A DNA stretch of 64,000 bases from an uncultured virus (IMG/VR IMGVR_UViG_3300045999_007835) (taxonomy: Duplodnaviria > Heunggongvirae > Uroviricota > Caudoviricetes): the IMG/VR virus record IMGVR_UViG_3300045999_007835; one strand, 5' to 3'. Below the pieces are notes generated by a model that was given only the letters and a program-made list of their open reading frames with translations, did not search any database and was not told the DNA's origin. Shown here one piece after another: positions 27,401 to 41,826 of the stretch. Each line of letters starts with the position of its first letter. Positions within the stretch are counted from its first letter, which is position 1. A program made the translations under genes and the position numbers.

Positions 27401-28647
27401 CGCGTCAGTTGCGTGAGCTGATTGTTCAGCGCGTCGTAGTACGCCTTGTTCTGTGCAAGCCCCTCAGGCGTCGGAGCACGGGGCGCTTCAGCCTCGGTGA
27501 ACAGTTCGCCTTGCGTACCCGCAGGCGCGCTGGGCTCGAGGGTGGGGCCGCCTGTTGGTTGCGCAGGGGGTGGGGGTGGCGGAGGAGTAACTTGCGGCGC
27601 AGGGCGCGCCGGTCCACGCTGAATGGCACCGACTCCAGCACCAAGACCAAGGCCCGCAGCGGCAGCACGACCAGCAGCTTCGCCCACACCGGCAGAGATC
27701 GGCTGGTCAGGAATAGCTTCCCGCAGCGCCACGTTCTGCGTGGCACGCCCACCACCCTCTTCAATCGCTTCACTGGGCGCTTCTTTGAGGCCACCTGCGA
27801 TACCGGCACCGACCCGGCCCAGCACACGACGCTGGCCGGTGATGATTGCTTCTTCAAGCGCAGACGCGCCGGGCAGGCTCTGAGCAAGATAAGAGATGAT
27901 GGCCCCCGAGGCACCAGCTGCCCGGGCTGCGTTTAGTGTGCGCTTGGCGGCCTCCGGCTCATCGAGCCCCTGCCGGCGGAACTCATCGAAGAGCTGCTTG
28001 TACGACTCGGCACCGACCTCCGCACCTTGCTGGACCGCCCCGACACCCTTTGCGGTTCCTACGCCGGCAGTGGCCCCCGCTGCACGCGCTGCGGCAGCTT
28101 CAGCCCCCTTGGCAAGGGCTCGCTGTGTTGTGGTACGCGCAACCGCTGCGCCGAGACCAAGCGCCGGAAGCATTGCAGGGATAGACTCTACAACCGCACC
28201 GCCCAACAGGGCTGGATCAGTAACCGTTCCTTTGAGCGCTTCCATGAACGCGGCGCCCTGCCCGCGCTGTTCGGCTTCCTGAATACGTTCAGAGAGCTGC
28301 TCCTCTCGAGCCCGCAGGCCGGGAGACTTCATTTGTTCCGCGCCTCGTTGTGCGCGCTGGCCTAAGCCAAGATTACCAATTGGGCGAAAATCGCCCGTAG
28401 CCAGCCCGTAGAGCTGCCCGGGAAACTTAATGAGAGCGCCAAGTCCAGATAGCGCTTGCGCGCCTACATCGCGGGGTACTTCTCCCCACGTACGCTCTGT
28501 GCTGGCAGGAGTCTTAACGGGGGCAGTGGGCTCAGGTTCTCGCTCTCCTGCTAGGATCTGCAGGCCACGGGTTGATACACGCGACCAGTCATTTGCTGCA
28601 AGTGCCTGCAGGTCTTCCGTCGACAGCAGTGAGAAACGATCAGCCAT
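21412..28647 (-). CDS. Large polyvalent (putative ejected) protein with GHKL ATPase, HExxH peptidase and LPD38-like C-terminus
   Basis: 2411 aa; ELFQNAFDA, DNGAGM, GGFGIAK, QHELAH; C-terminal INF.R.G, IPFYNA.IQG, GIPVP.E.G, SPIKID..LQGY.G. Confidence 0.85.
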   Translation of the reverse strand: MADRFSLLSTEDLQALAANDWSRVSTRGLQILAGEREPEPTAPVKTPASTERTWGEVPRDVGAQALSGLGALIKFPGQLYGLATGDFRPIGNLGLGQRAQRGAEQMKSPGLRAREEQLSERIQEAEQRGQGAAFMEALKGTVTDPALLGGAVVESIPAMLPALGLGAAVARTTTQRALAKGAEAAAARAAGATAGVGTAKGVGAVQQGAEVGAESYKQLFDEFRRQGLDEPEAAKRTLNAARAAGASGAIISYLAQSLPGASALEEAIITGQRRVLGRVGAGIAGGLKEAPSEAIEEGGGRATQNVALREAIPDQPISAGVGEAAGRAAAAGLGLGAGVGAIQRGPARPAPQVTPPPPPPPAQPTGGPTLEPSAPAGTQGELFTEAEAPRAPTPEGLAQNKAYYDALNNQLTQLTREQETLRAQASQTSDPAVQEQLRKQSVAVTEQIANVSGEMARYAPTIPSIAQEPRIDTEARAEEAERTADLQAKRREFDTLQRENERLKAEYERASALEDRVQRVRETMRIRAEAERLAPSLAALQEDIQRDRRALPTQATQRAPTAEGQLDLRFGDEIRLEDLTASGIPVEGGSNQQRAVRSWFRDNVIGKTPNDLRAMVSRDPSLTEGTGLRARAIQQILAPEPTPPAFEEKPRATVSVPQTNVPAAPVQPELDFGGTGAGVEVSGRAAQPAVPAGAPTQPQAAQPGGLGGRGIPAAPRTGEPAAPSGQLDLDFTAAPATAPAPTPPTAPAPAVKPARRTRAAAPTPPTPPTPAEPPAPKPPPPRDERSERELQEDLEAAQQWTSIRRKIDELPEYGSLSTESKQKTRRLNRAGDLTPETALRIAQDDEINRGSPLRSLETVEAKVGANTARLAKLLGPKLYGSPETMPAVTQKELFQNAFDAVKEALESGDIPKGRIQIRYNQEKRTIQIIDNGAGMPASVMGKEFLEIAGTKKGTERASGGFGIAKMQFLFGNKQLEVVSLRDGRLAQMTTTGPDLFSALDGTVPPPTIEVTNNPIEIEQATNTLFPDGHGTSVTVTIPETYVDESTGDTLPIKFTTYQLEEDDSLLRSPLFANVEVTTQDLRYANHSDTQPIGANFPIDKYTPLANVKFAWGTARIYVSNPIPKDEYIWRNLYVSSNGLWQFSQRLEDPATRTAMRRQIYLDVSASVPPEHPGYPFDLNRQRFSPSAEKDMEQIQRYLTVLYGQEQLTDESTGFGLIQYINENGTTTAEEDIRPEIPATTATLPKINPKDKVEVKDGVLYINGKATPEITKDDLKNASIDINALTIPQSSIDPNKVILHNNMQNPDTGKTLYAAAVDQFGAKRVNQYFYGVGETFKRLRDALARASSDYASLDDEGIGVSLDREYVGVNIRVPFKGMFINPSYAKLRGNPAEIAVSMLGTMQHELAHFKERNHGADFASEMQKVMTLLETSDAFDMFALKKYFVKHIKDNKDIFDFLAKEFTDGNFEPIGNRFKDSSYEQARDEGPRVAMETAGGPRGGRPSVPGGAGQGAKRARPVRVPAGIPSQAAPSGAAVPEAPATVAETAAYDGAFPAGGPSLQMAQTATDFVTKFRTRIADKGATALEAISKNFNGAVRNALGRASLEPLYRQAEASDQLIPAYLRLGSLAKDKATGLWRAVAKPNLRPPADVLSVIETWAKSQNMSFQKAYDEAGKIMESARQKEFKDLNASMAKGREFPVSMSDADINKYYGIYSSDPTFHRTLRKILDDARFDAIDNMVKVGRIPQEMADDWKTATAYIPFDREGVNDIDSYFRSGRRLGRGIAQVGKANPQLVDAPLIDRPVKNALDNYFNWLGWSARQVVQTDATIRTLRALEKVGQARFLPGGAAQVNSNNKQRVVKAYSKGNEVYFETPSAYHAAAFNIQIAPLPPLFNVMSQFSQVLRTAITAVPTFTATQIPQDIQRAIMYSGVKDAAMLTARTLTNFTEYSKAAVLGKLPQITHELGEYGVVGDFDFRTDEAADSFLRSMGVKPRRGGAVGEFVYRMSDIARASDFALRRAIYEQTLYEGGDQLLALHRAREIINFRRYGMGDQLGIVHMLTQVIPFYNAYIQGMDVLYRSLTGKDAPSGQERGAALKQFYTAAAYATSVAVLYSLAKAGDEEYENMDLRERDKTWVIGDGFGIPVPGELGLIFKALPERVLEAMRKQGTPDEAVAAEAVISWFKAAFDEYSGRGYMPASFKPLLENITNYSFLSGRALEGTYQAGLLPSERTTSRTSELSKNIARFTADTTGFQVSPIKIDNFLQGYLGTTAGLLFATTDAMLNPDRIDRPLHQMVGLTAFTYDPVGTRRAGEFYDLREKVVQTQNTLNSLMKEDLGRAADFAEKNADKLMLYKAVNSTLKEIERTRAYRNWLSSSDAAQSLTQKERAQQMEEIKRYEQQMFEWTRDVRNYLKL
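24024..24260 (-). CDS. Nested +1-frame gene B (78 aa, MEISSLLETASK...)
   Basis: AAGGA 8 nt before ATG; helical protein-like composition where the host frame is a G/P/A/R linker. Confidence 0.55.
   Translation of the reverse strand: MEISSLLETASKTLATSKPEMKALVSQWKLLADQEEGDPAYPAALGRALNVLDRSASLPEFLAKLRHQERQSQKPQPQ
26466..26696 (-). CDS. Nested +1-frame gene A (76 aa, ...LTLEELGQAWKFLDE...LSPEDWEAVGYLLHRELE...)
   Basis: GAGGAG 7 nt before GTG; amphipathic helices where the host frame is a G/P/A linker. Confidence 0.65.
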   Translation of the reverse strand: MQPSPFHKPMYLQLPSNQNLTLEELGQAWKFLDELHNQPFLPVLPPNLKRLSPEDWEAVGYLLHRELENRRRHRVN

Positions 28648-30503
28648 TATCGACCTCCAGCGCTTTGCCCCAACCGCTCCCTAAGCGCTCGTTGCGCCCG
28701 GCTTTCGACTTCCGCATTAAAGGAGGCCGCGCCCCCACCGGGAGCCCCACCGGGAGCCCCACCGGGGATCGTGCGGTTAAGCGCAGTGTTAACTTGCGCT
28801 AGCAGCGCTTTAGCGGGCCCAGTGAGCGCCGCAAGTTCTTGGTCAACCTGACGTTTATAGTCGTCTACGATCCTACGGTTTTCCGGTTTGGTAGGATCTC
28901 GTAGCGCGTTCGCAATCCGCAGGCCAGCGCCCGGCGTAGTGAGGTATTTATCTTTATCCTCACGGAACTTCCGCTCAGTCTCCGCAATCGCAGCGGTAAG
29001 CCGCGCCTGATGCCCCAGCAGGTTAGAAGTTTCTGCAGGCCCGCGCGCAAGTTCACGCTCAGCTACTGTGGCCGCGTTGTTCGCGGCGCTTACTGCTGCT
29101 TGAAGCTCACTGCCGTACCGGTTCGCGGCCACCGCCGACTCAGTGCCCAGCATCCGTGACGCCGCTTCGAGAGCGCTTGCGTCTCCAAGACGTCGAGCGT
29201 TAGCCAAGTCAGCCAGCCCTCGGCTGCCAGCCATCTGTCCGGGCATCGCGGCTTTGTAGCCTTCCACACCAACTTTGGAGCCCTCACGACGGCCAGTCAG
29301 CGCGCTCTCCATCTGCCTTTCTTCTTCGGTAAGGATCGCATCCTCAGCCTTAGCGCGCGCTGCACGCTGCTGCGCCATGTAGTTCAAGCCAACCTCTGCC
29401 GACGGACCGGCAGCCATGCCCGGGGTCAATCCACGCGAGAACGCAGCCCCCATCCGGAGAAGCTGTTCAATACCCTGCTGCTTCGGGTTGTACTGTTCCT
29501 CGAGCATGGCGCGGCGCCGCGCAAGGCGTGCCTGCTGCTGATCAAGCTCTGCCTTCGTGAGCTGTGGAAACTCCGCACGGAACTGTTCCGCTACCGCCAT
29601 CGGGTCGGTCGCAGCAAGCCGACGAGCTTGAGTCTCTGCATCTACCTGCAGTTGGTTTTCCTGCGGGGTCAATCCTCTCGTGACGGTCGCCTCAAGGGCT
29701 TTACGCAATTCCGGGCTCATTCCGCCCGGCGAGGCCGGGATCGGGAACGCAGGGGGCGCCGGAGCGGCGGGTTCCGCAGGGGGCGGTGCGGGGGGAGGTG
29801 ATACAGCTACGGACGAGCGACGTGCGGGGCCCGCGCCATAATCCGCCTCCGGTACGCTTTCGGGGGGCTCGGCAATCGCAGAACTTTCAGGGATCCCTGT
29901 GGTGCTAAACATTGGACGCGCGGCGCGTGGAGCGGGCGGTGCTGAGTCTGAGATAGGCGACACCGGCGCTTTCTGTGCAGCCTCCAACGCTGTGCGGAAT
30001 TCATCTGGCGACAAACGGGAGAACTGCCTACGCAGTGTCTCGGGCGACGCCCCCCGGCGAAGCAAGTCCTTCATGCGTTTGACGACCGGGTCTTCTACCG
30101 GATCGCCCTCTGCAAAAGCTACGATCCCACCCGCTGCCATCATCTGCGGCTGCGCAGCCGCTTGGGCTCCCGGCGCTGATGCAATCCCTGACTGAAGCAG
30201 CTTCTGAAGATTCTGTTTCTCCGACTGCTGCCTCTGCTGCGCGACTCCGCCCACCTGCTGGGCAACCTGTTGAGTCGTCATGTCAAGGAGTTCTTGCTCG
30301 CGCTGGTCCGCCACCGTCGGCATTTGATTAGTCTGCGGTGCTGCAGCCATCTGCATCGACCGCATCGCCGCCTCTTTCTCCGACTTCAACTGCTGTAAGG
30401 CGAGCAGCTTGATGAGGTCAGGCGGCACGCCCGCGTTCTGTGCAAGCGCCCCCGGGTTTCCCCGGTATGCGTCCATCAAGCGTGTGACTTGTTGGTCAAT
30501 CAT
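28647..30503 (-). CDS. Putative internal virion/ejection protein
   Basis: 618 aa, Q/A-rich helical, MAAGGIVAFAEG motif. Confidence 0.7.
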   Translation of the reverse strand: MIDQQVTRLMDAYRGNPGALAQNAGVPPDLIKLLALQQLKSEKEAAMRSMQMAAAPQTNQMPTVADQREQELLDMTTQQVAQQVGGVAQQRQQSEKQNLQKLLQSGIASAPGAQAAAQPQMMAAGGIVAFAEGDPVEDPVVKRMKDLLRRGASPETLRRQFSRLSPDEFRTALEAAQKAPVSPISDSAPPAPRAARPMFSTTGIPESSAIAEPPESVPEADYGAGPARRSSVAVSPPPAPPPAEPAAPAPPAFPIPASPGGMSPELRKALEATVTRGLTPQENQLQVDAETQARRLAATDPMAVAEQFRAEFPQLTKAELDQQQARLARRRAMLEEQYNPKQQGIEQLLRMGAAFSRGLTPGMAAGPSAEVGLNYMAQQRAARAKAEDAILTEEERQMESALTGRREGSKVGVEGYKAAMPGQMAGSRGLADLANARRLGDASALEAASRMLGTESAVAANRYGSELQAAVSAANNAATVAERELARGPAETSNLLGHQARLTAAIAETERKFREDKDKYLTTPGAGLRIANALRDPTKPENRRIVDDYKRQVDQELAALTGPAKALLAQVNTALNRTIPGGAPGGAPGGGAASFNAEVESRAQRALRERLGQSAGGR

Positions 30504-30514
30504 GGTCTTGGCCC

Positions 30515-31390
30515 TTAATTAGGCGGGAACAGGCTTTCAAAGATTTCTTTTACGGTTGGGTTCTGCAGGAGCGTGCCGAGTTGAGTGGCAATCCCAACTA
30601 ACTGGTTGAAGTCGCTAGGAGCGTTGTACGAGTAGTTCTGCGTTTGGATCGGCAGATCAGCGATCAACTGACGCTGGAACTCCAACTGCTTGTACGGGAA
30701 CTGGCGTTGGGTTTCAAATTCTTTAAGATCAGCGGCAACGCCTTCGGACTCAATGGCCCGCTGAATATCACCACCCTTTAACTGCGCACCCAGTGCAGCT
30801 AGCCCGTACTCACCCGCTTGCTTAGCAGCCCCCATCTCTCGGTTCTGCTCGACGTTAAATTGGTCCATCGCCTTATCGAAAGCGGTCTTGTAGCCTTCGC
30901 CCAGCGTCCTACTAATCTGCCGAAGCGCAGCTTCATTCCCAAGCGATTCCATCACCGCTTGCCGCCCTCCGCCAAACGAACCGGCCCGGGTCATTCGACC
31001 TGCGTCCTGCACGCGCTGAATCGCTGCATTACGGCGAATGTCTTCGATCTGCGGATTAAGCGCCGCAGAGAGATACGGGTTCATGTAGTCCTGCGCAGAC
31101 TGCGCAGTGAACGTCTGTGGGGTGTAGAGCGTCTGAGCACCGGTAGGCAACGTCAGATTCCCAAGCCCTTGGAACGCTTTTGTTTGCAGCTCAGACTGCC
31201 CCGCAGTGAGCGGTCCGCCGTAGACTTGGTAGTCTTCGTCACCTAACGCTTGCGCTCTGCTAAGAAAGTTGGTGACGTAACTTGAAGCCCACGGGGAAAG
31301 CGTGGAGGAGGCCCCTGAGCGCGTGCCGGCTAGGGGGTCAGTGCCCGCTCCCCCGCCGGTAGTTGTAACACCAGAAGATGCAGTCGTCAT
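30515..31390 (-). CDS. Putative DNA transfer/ejection protein
   Basis: YMNPY, GSFGGGRQA, PY.QL motifs typical of podophage internal proteins. Confidence 0.7.
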   Translation of the reverse strand: MTTASSGVTTTGGGAGTDPLAGTRSGASSTLSPWASSYVTNFLSRAQALGDEDYQVYGGPLTAGQSELQTKAFQGLGNLTLPTGAQTLYTPQTFTAQSAQDYMNPYLSAALNPQIEDIRRNAAIQRVQDAGRMTRAGSFGGGRQAVMESLGNEAALRQISRTLGEGYKTAFDKAMDQFNVEQNREMGAAKQAGEYGLAALGAQLKGGDIQRAIESEGVAADLKEFETQRQFPYKQLEFQRQLIADLPIQTQNYSYNAPSDFNQLVGIATQLGTLLQNPTVKEIFESLFPPN

Positions 31391-31391
31391 A

Positions 31392-36869
<5,478 letters not shown>

Positions 36870-36873
<4 letters not shown>

Positions 36874-37523
36874 ACAGCGCTCACAAAGGACAGGGTTGCG
36901 ACGACCGACGGAATAGACGGCATGGCAAACGGAGACGTAATAGCAGCGTAGGCTTCCATCGATACGGCTGTGTTGTCCACCGCAGCAAACATCTTAACGA
37001 AATCCCCGGCAGTAAGCTGCACGTAGAAGTTAGCCGCTGCGATTGCGTGTCCATCAACTCCGCCGTGTCTTGAAACAATTGAAAACTGACTACCAGTTCC
37101 GGCTACGTCAGTGCTATTAATTCTTAACCAAATCCATGCGTCGTGGATCTGAGCTGAAGTGTTCCGCCACTGCACACTAAATTGGTAGTTGTAGATGCCG
37201 CTTACCTCAACCCCAATCCCGTTCGTCCCGTCGTTTGTGCAGGCGGAAAGAAAATCGTTTTCGTCAAACGTAATCTCAGTCGCCGTGTTGGCCGTGAACG
37301 TCTTATCAGTTGTGCGCTGTATGGCTGCGTAGGGGAAGTACAGATTTGACCCCCCGGGGGGCACCCCCGGCAGGGGTGGGCTGATCAGGCTGTTGTAGGA
37401 CTGCGTAAGCCGGTTGTAGAACAACCGCTGCACACTGTTTAACTGGTCTTGATACGGGCGATCGTACTGATCCGTCGCTTGCGGAAGCGCCGGGGTAGCA
37501 ACCTTGAGGATCTGCGCGGCCAT
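36870..37523 (-). CDS. Virion protein with C1q/TNF-like beta domain
   Basis: P.LP.A..QY...YQDQ..LFYN then GIYNYQFSVQ...IWLR.N..DV. Confidence 0.65.
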
Positions 37524-39878
37524 CTAGCGCTTCCCGTCAGGCCGCATATCAAGGCGCGGAGCGCCTAGCTGCCACGTCACACCAAGCCCCGTTGACTCCA
37601 CTTTCATCGCTATCTGTCGCCCGCGTATCCGAGTGTAGATCTGCCCAGTGAACTGTTCGATCGGCAGGGTTGCAGTCCGCGTAATCGTTCGATAGCTCTG
37701 GTTGGCGACCGAATGATTGGCATCCGTTGCGGTGTTGACTGAATAGCCAGACCCGGAGTTCTGCATTGGAAGTAGGTACATCGTAGCAGCGGGCGCGTTT
37801 GCCGTCGAGTTGGCGAACGTCATGTCCGGCAGGACCCGCCAGACAAACATGAACTGGTGGCCGTCGTCGAGGTCGAACTGCGCAGAGGTGATCGAAGCAG
37901 TGATCGGGAGCGGCGTTCCTGTAACGTTGTCATCAAGCCCTTGCTCATGGTTCACAAGGTTGTTGGCGTAGGTCGCCGCAAGGGGGTAGTCCCGCACTCC
38001 CGAATCCAGCCATGCGGTGCGCGCCATCTGCCCGTAGTACCACACCCCCCGTCCGCCTTGCGCATTGGCTTCGAGGTAGTTGTAGATCACGTAGCGATCG
38101 ATTGTGTCAGAGCCGGCGGAGCAGTAGAACCACCAGACTTCGTTGAAACCTTCGTTGGTGCCCGCAAACACCTGCTGAAACTGCAAGGGGTTGATATCCT
38201 CAAAGATGTAGCGGCGCAGATCGCAATTAAGCGGCTGCGTGCGGCCATCGTACATATAGAACTTGTCTTTCCCCATCCAGTACGACACACCGTTCGTAAA
38301 GGCCACTGCGTTCTGGCTTGCAATCGAGATGTTGTCGCCTTGGATCTGAGCACCCCAGACATCCGGTGCGCCAAGGTATTGAAGCGAGTACAGCGCTGAG
38401 TCCGTCCAGACCAGCACCTCTTGCCGTGACTGTGTAGCCGCAACGATCTCGGACCCGCGAGAAAGCCTGAGCGAACCCGCCTGATTGGTTGCATCGGGCG
38501 TCCAGTTGTAGGGGTCTTCTTGGTCAGACCAGCGGATCAGCATTGGGTCAAACGTGGCGCTGCCCTCAGGCGTACACCCCATCGCAAACAGAAACCGGTT
38601 GATGTCCGACACCAAGATGACGTTTTGCGAAATGGGTACGCCAGACGCGCCGCCGTAACTGGAGAGCGGTTCTGCTCGCGCAGAGATGCTATGCGTACCA
38701 GATTGCGTGCCCGTCGTAGCGATAGGCGACCCACCGGCGGTGCTCGACACGTTAAACGCAGTCCCGCTTGAGTTCACCACGTAGTACAAGGTGCCGGCGG
38801 AAAGCCCCGTGGGCAGGGCCCCGGTTGTCAGCAGGCGAATGGGCGTGCCGTTTGCGAATGGCACACTAGTTGAAATGACCGCAGGTGAAGCGATCGTAAT
38901 CGACACGCTAGGCGGAAGCACGCCAATCGTCGCGTCCCAGTAGTAGATCTTCCCACCCCGGTAGCCAAAGACGAGGTCTTCTCCGAAGTTCTGCTGGCTC
39001 CAGAGCCGAAAAGGCTCTGTTGAACTCCCGCCCGTCCCCCAGACGCCGCTACCCCACAAGCCCGCACCCCACCCTACCGTCGGCACCGCGTCGGAAGGAC
39101 CTACGTTAATTTGATAGAGGGCTTGTACCGTGCCTCCACCTGACGCAACGCTGGGTGAGGTTGCTTTTGCAGCCACCTTATGCGTTCCACTTTGCACCGA
39201 GCCAAGCGTACTGATGGCCGCGCCACCTGAAGTGGCAGAAAGCTGGAAGGTATAACCAGCAGTGCCTACAACGTAATACGGCGTTCCAGCAACAAACGGA
39301 GAGGGCAAGGCGCCAGTCGTAGAGAGCGTGACCTCGACGCCGTTAGCAAGCTGATTCTGGCAGGTCAGCACCGCTGGGTTTGCCGAGGTAATCGTAACTG
39401 GAACTTCGGTACTGACCGTGTACGACGTCGTACTGACTAGCGTGAGCGAATACTCACCAAGGAGCGTAATTCCGCCGATGGCGGAACTACCGTAAAAGCT
39501 GACGTAGTCTCCGTCGATATAGCCGCCGTTGGCGTCGGTGACTGTGATAGTTGATGACCCGCTGGTCGTGGCAAACGGATTGGTCAGTGTGACCGAGGTC
39601 CGCAAAGGCGTTACGTCGTAGTACGCGCCGCCCTGCTCGATGTAGAACTTGATGTTGGTGCCGACGCCAAGAAGCTTTTGAGAGCCAAGCGTCACCCAAC
39701 TCCACAACGAACGGCAGAGTCCAAGGAACGTATTGCTGGAGATGCGCTCCCAGCCACCAATCTTCTCGGGCGTGCCTTGCCGGAAGCGAACCTTCTCAGA
39801 CTCGTACCATCCGCCTTCGTTGGTGTACCGCGTGTTCTCACGGTTGACGCCGGGCTTTAGCAGAAGTTTTTTAAGCAT
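37524..39878 (-). CDS. P22 gp10-like tail/DNA-stabilisation protein
   Basis: KPGVNRE.T.Y..EGGW, IRWSDQE, WFY...DRYV.YNY, RGRQ; internal beta-domain inserts. Confidence 0.8.
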   Translation of the reverse strand: MLKKLLLKPGVNRENTRYTNEGGWYESEKVRFRQGTPEKIGGWERISSNTFLGLCRSLWSWVTLGSQKLLGVGTNIKFYIEQGGAYYDVTPLRTSVTLTNPFATTSGSSTITVTDANGGYIDGDYVSFYGSSAIGGITLLGEYSLTLVSTTSYTVSTEVPVTITSANPAVLTCQNQLANGVEVTLSTTGALPSPFVAGTPYYVVGTAGYTFQLSATSGGAAISTLGSVQSGTHKVAAKATSPSVASGGGTVQALYQINVGPSDAVPTVGWGAGLWGSGVWGTGGSSTEPFRLWSQQNFGEDLVFGYRGGKIYYWDATIGVLPPSVSITIASPAVISTSVPFANGTPIRLLTTGALPTGLSAGTLYYVVNSSGTAFNVSSTAGGSPIATTGTQSGTHSISARAEPLSSYGGASGVPISQNVILVSDINRFLFAMGCTPEGSATFDPMLIRWSDQEDPYNWTPDATNQAGSLRLSRGSEIVAATQSRQEVLVWTDSALYSLQYLGAPDVWGAQIQGDNISIASQNAVAFTNGVSYWMGKDKFYMYDGRTQPLNCDLRRYIFEDINPLQFQQVFAGTNEGFNEVWWFYCSAGSDTIDRYVIYNYLEANAQGGRGVWYYGQMARTAWLDSGVRDYPLAATYANNLVNHEQGLDDNVTGTPLPITASITSAQFDLDDGHQFMFVWRVLPDMTFANSTANAPAATMYLLPMQNSGSGYSVNTATDANHSVANQSYRTITRTATLPIEQFTGQIYTRIRGRQIAMKVESTGLGVTWQLGAPRLDMRPDGKR

Positions 39879-39880
39879 AG

Positions 39881-40351
39881 TTACGCCTTTAAGTACAACG
39901 CCCGCTCATCGTTTCTGCGAGTCACCAGCCCCGGCAACACCTTCCCGGCGCTCAGGTTCCACTTCTTGAACTCCTCAGAAGCGCCTTCGTAGTCTTCCCG
40001 GTTGTGCTTCTGCCGCAGCGTGCTGGCTTGAAGATTACCTAAACCGACGTTGAAAGCAAAGCTAGCGAGTGCCAGATGGCGATTGCTAAGAGGAGCCACA
40101 GAACATAGTCGGAGTACCCCCGGCAAAAACCGCTGAAGATCTTCTTGAAGTAGCGCATCGACTTCTGCCTCTGTCAGTGTTCTGTCCCAGCCCTCGGGGA
40201 TTGGAAGCTCTAGGCGGCGTTCATAGGGCACCTTGAGATGCGAGGGGTCAATGACGTGGCCCACGCCCACGGTCCAAAGTCGCGCCGGGCATCGGTATGG
40301 GCGGTATCGCACCCCCTCATGGTGCTTGAGCATTTTGATCAGCGCGTTCAT
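39881..40351 (-). CDS. Lysozyme/endolysin (GH24)
   Basis: HEG....YRCPA.LWTVGVGH, FNVG.G, LPGLV.RR..E; start at the ATGA overlap with the holin. Confidence 0.92.
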   Translation of the reverse strand: MNALIKMLKHHEGVRYRPYRCPARLWTVGVGHVIDPSHLKVPYERRLELPIPEGWDRTLTEAEVDALLQEDLQRFLPGVLRLCSVAPLSNRHLALASFAFNVGLGNLQASTLRQKHNREDYEGASEEFKKWNLSAGKVLPGLVTRRNDERALYLKA

Positions 40352-40854
40352 TTTTTGCTGAACGCTTGGCTTCCAAACCAGAACGAAATCACTGACGCCC
40401 AGATGATCTGAGTGTCGGCGTCCCACAGAGTAGCGATTACTTCTGCAAACGGAGTGCCCAGCTTCCACGCGTACACCGCGCCGAAGAGGTTGATGAAGCA
40501 AAGAAGAGCAAACATCCCGTAAGTGATGACGGGCCGCACCAGCGCGCGAGCGTTGATCACCCAGCGACTTGCGCCTTCGCCGATTGCGATGTCATGTGCG
40601 TACAGGGCTTGTTTCTCAGCTAACGCTGTCTGCGCCATCGTCACATCTGCACTGACCTGAAGCTGATCCGTCCTGATCTCCTCAACGCGCGCCTGTGCTT
40701 CAAAACCTGCCTTTCTGAGTTCTAGTTCCCGCTCAATCTGCATCCGCGCGAGGTTCAGTTCATGCGCCTTGTCTGCCCGGTCTTGGAAGAATCCAAGGAG
40801 TTTAGGCAAGCCCCCAGCGAGAAAGGAGAGAAGAGTCGTAAAAAGGGTGATCAT
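40348..40854 (-). CDS. Holin (3TM/GTA-type)
   Basis: VRP.ITY, TM helices, ISFWFG.; adjacent to the lysozyme. Confidence 0.8.
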   Translation of the reverse strand: MITLFTTLLSFLAGGLPKLLGFFQDRADKAHELNLARMQIERELELRKAGFEAQARVEEIRTDQLQVSADVTMAQTALAEKQALYAHDIAIGEGASRWVINARALVRPVITYGMFALLCFINLFGAVYAWKLGTPFAEVIATLWDADTQIIWASVISFWFGSQAFSKK

Positions 40855-41297
40855 TTTGCCTCCAGATTAAAACTGAGGTTCTTTGGGTAGGAGACTGTTC
40901 TATCCCCTTCCGGGCACTTGTACTTGATGGTTGCAAGCAAAGTGGCTTTTCCGGGCTGCATCTCAGACTTGACGCTCAATGTGTAGGTAAAGGTGTCAAT
41001 CTCTGGACTGGCTGGGCCGGAGAACTTGGGGTTCGATGGGACCGCCTCATGCACCATGCCCTTGCCGTCTCGGATACTTGGGATGAACGATTCCACCGAG
41101 CAGTCATCGCGCTTCTTGATCCTCGCCACCGTGACCTCAATCGGTTGCCCGATTTGTGCAGAAGGGATCTTAAAGTGCTCCGGTGCCCAGACGATAATCG
41201 GGCTTTCCAGCCAACCCACCTTATCCACCAAGGTGTAGCCACCTCCCAGCGCAGCAACGCTGGCAGCAACAGTCCCGATTGTCTTGGAAACATCCAT
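40851..41297 (-). CDS. Membrane-anchored Ig-like protein (lysis-region accessory)
   Basis: N-terminal hydrophobic segment, two Cys, beta-rich. Confidence 0.6.
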   Translation of the reverse strand: MDVSKTIGTVAASVAALGGGYTLVDKVGWLESPIIVWAPEHFKIPSAQIGQPIEVTVARIKKRDDCSVESFIPSIRDGKGMVHEAVPSNPKFSGPASPEIDTFTYTLSVKSEMQPGKATLLATIKYKCPEGDRTVSYPKNLSFNLEAK

Positions 41298-41301
41298 CTC
41301 G

Positions 41302-41763
41302 TTACTTTTGCGTGGTGACTACATCGTCGCCCTTAGAAACCGTCACCCGGCCCTCGGTCACATCCACTTTCATGGAAGGCTCCTTCCGGTCGAGCTTGTC
41401 TAAACGCTCAATAAGCGAATTGATCACTGCGAACTCAGGCCTCTCCTGCTTCGGATTAGCCCCGGCGATACCGTTCAGCATGGCTATAAGAGCAGTCAGG
41501 GCTGCACTGACCAAGCCGATGACGGCAGCGATCTTGGACTCTTCTAATAAGAGGCTAGCCCCAACACCGACGATGACGATAGCGGTGATGTATGCCAGAC
41601 CATGCTTTCCAATCGCTTTCCCGGCGACTTCCTTAGCCGCAGACTCCGCTTCCAACCTTTGTAGCTCAGCCTTGGCCTGAGCCTTCAGCATACGGATTTC
41701 GTGCCTCACCGGGATATCTCGGCTAACGTAAGCATCATTAGAACTATGAACGCCATCAGCCAT
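41302..41763 (-). CDS. Two-TM membrane protein (start uncertain)
   Basis: Two hydrophobic helices; GAGG upstream of MADG. Confidence 0.6.
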   Translation of the reverse strand: MADGVHSSNDAYVSRDIPVRHEIRMLKAQAKAELQRLEAESAAKEVAGKAIGKHGLAYITAIVIVGVGASLLLEESKIAAVIGLVSAALTALIAMLNGIAGANPKQERPEFAVINSLIERLDKLDRKEPSMKVDVTEGRVTVSKGDDVVTTQK

Positions 41764-41826
41764 ACTAGCCACCTCACGTTGAACTATTTAGCCGATCTAC
41801 CAGCGAAAGTATTTCACTCCGGCGTC

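Noticed and set aside
27108..27914. Other +1-frame ORFs inside the polyvalent gene
   Set aside because: R/P/L-rich shadow composition, no convincing RBS, and the host frame looks like genuine protein there, unlike the two accepted nested ORFs
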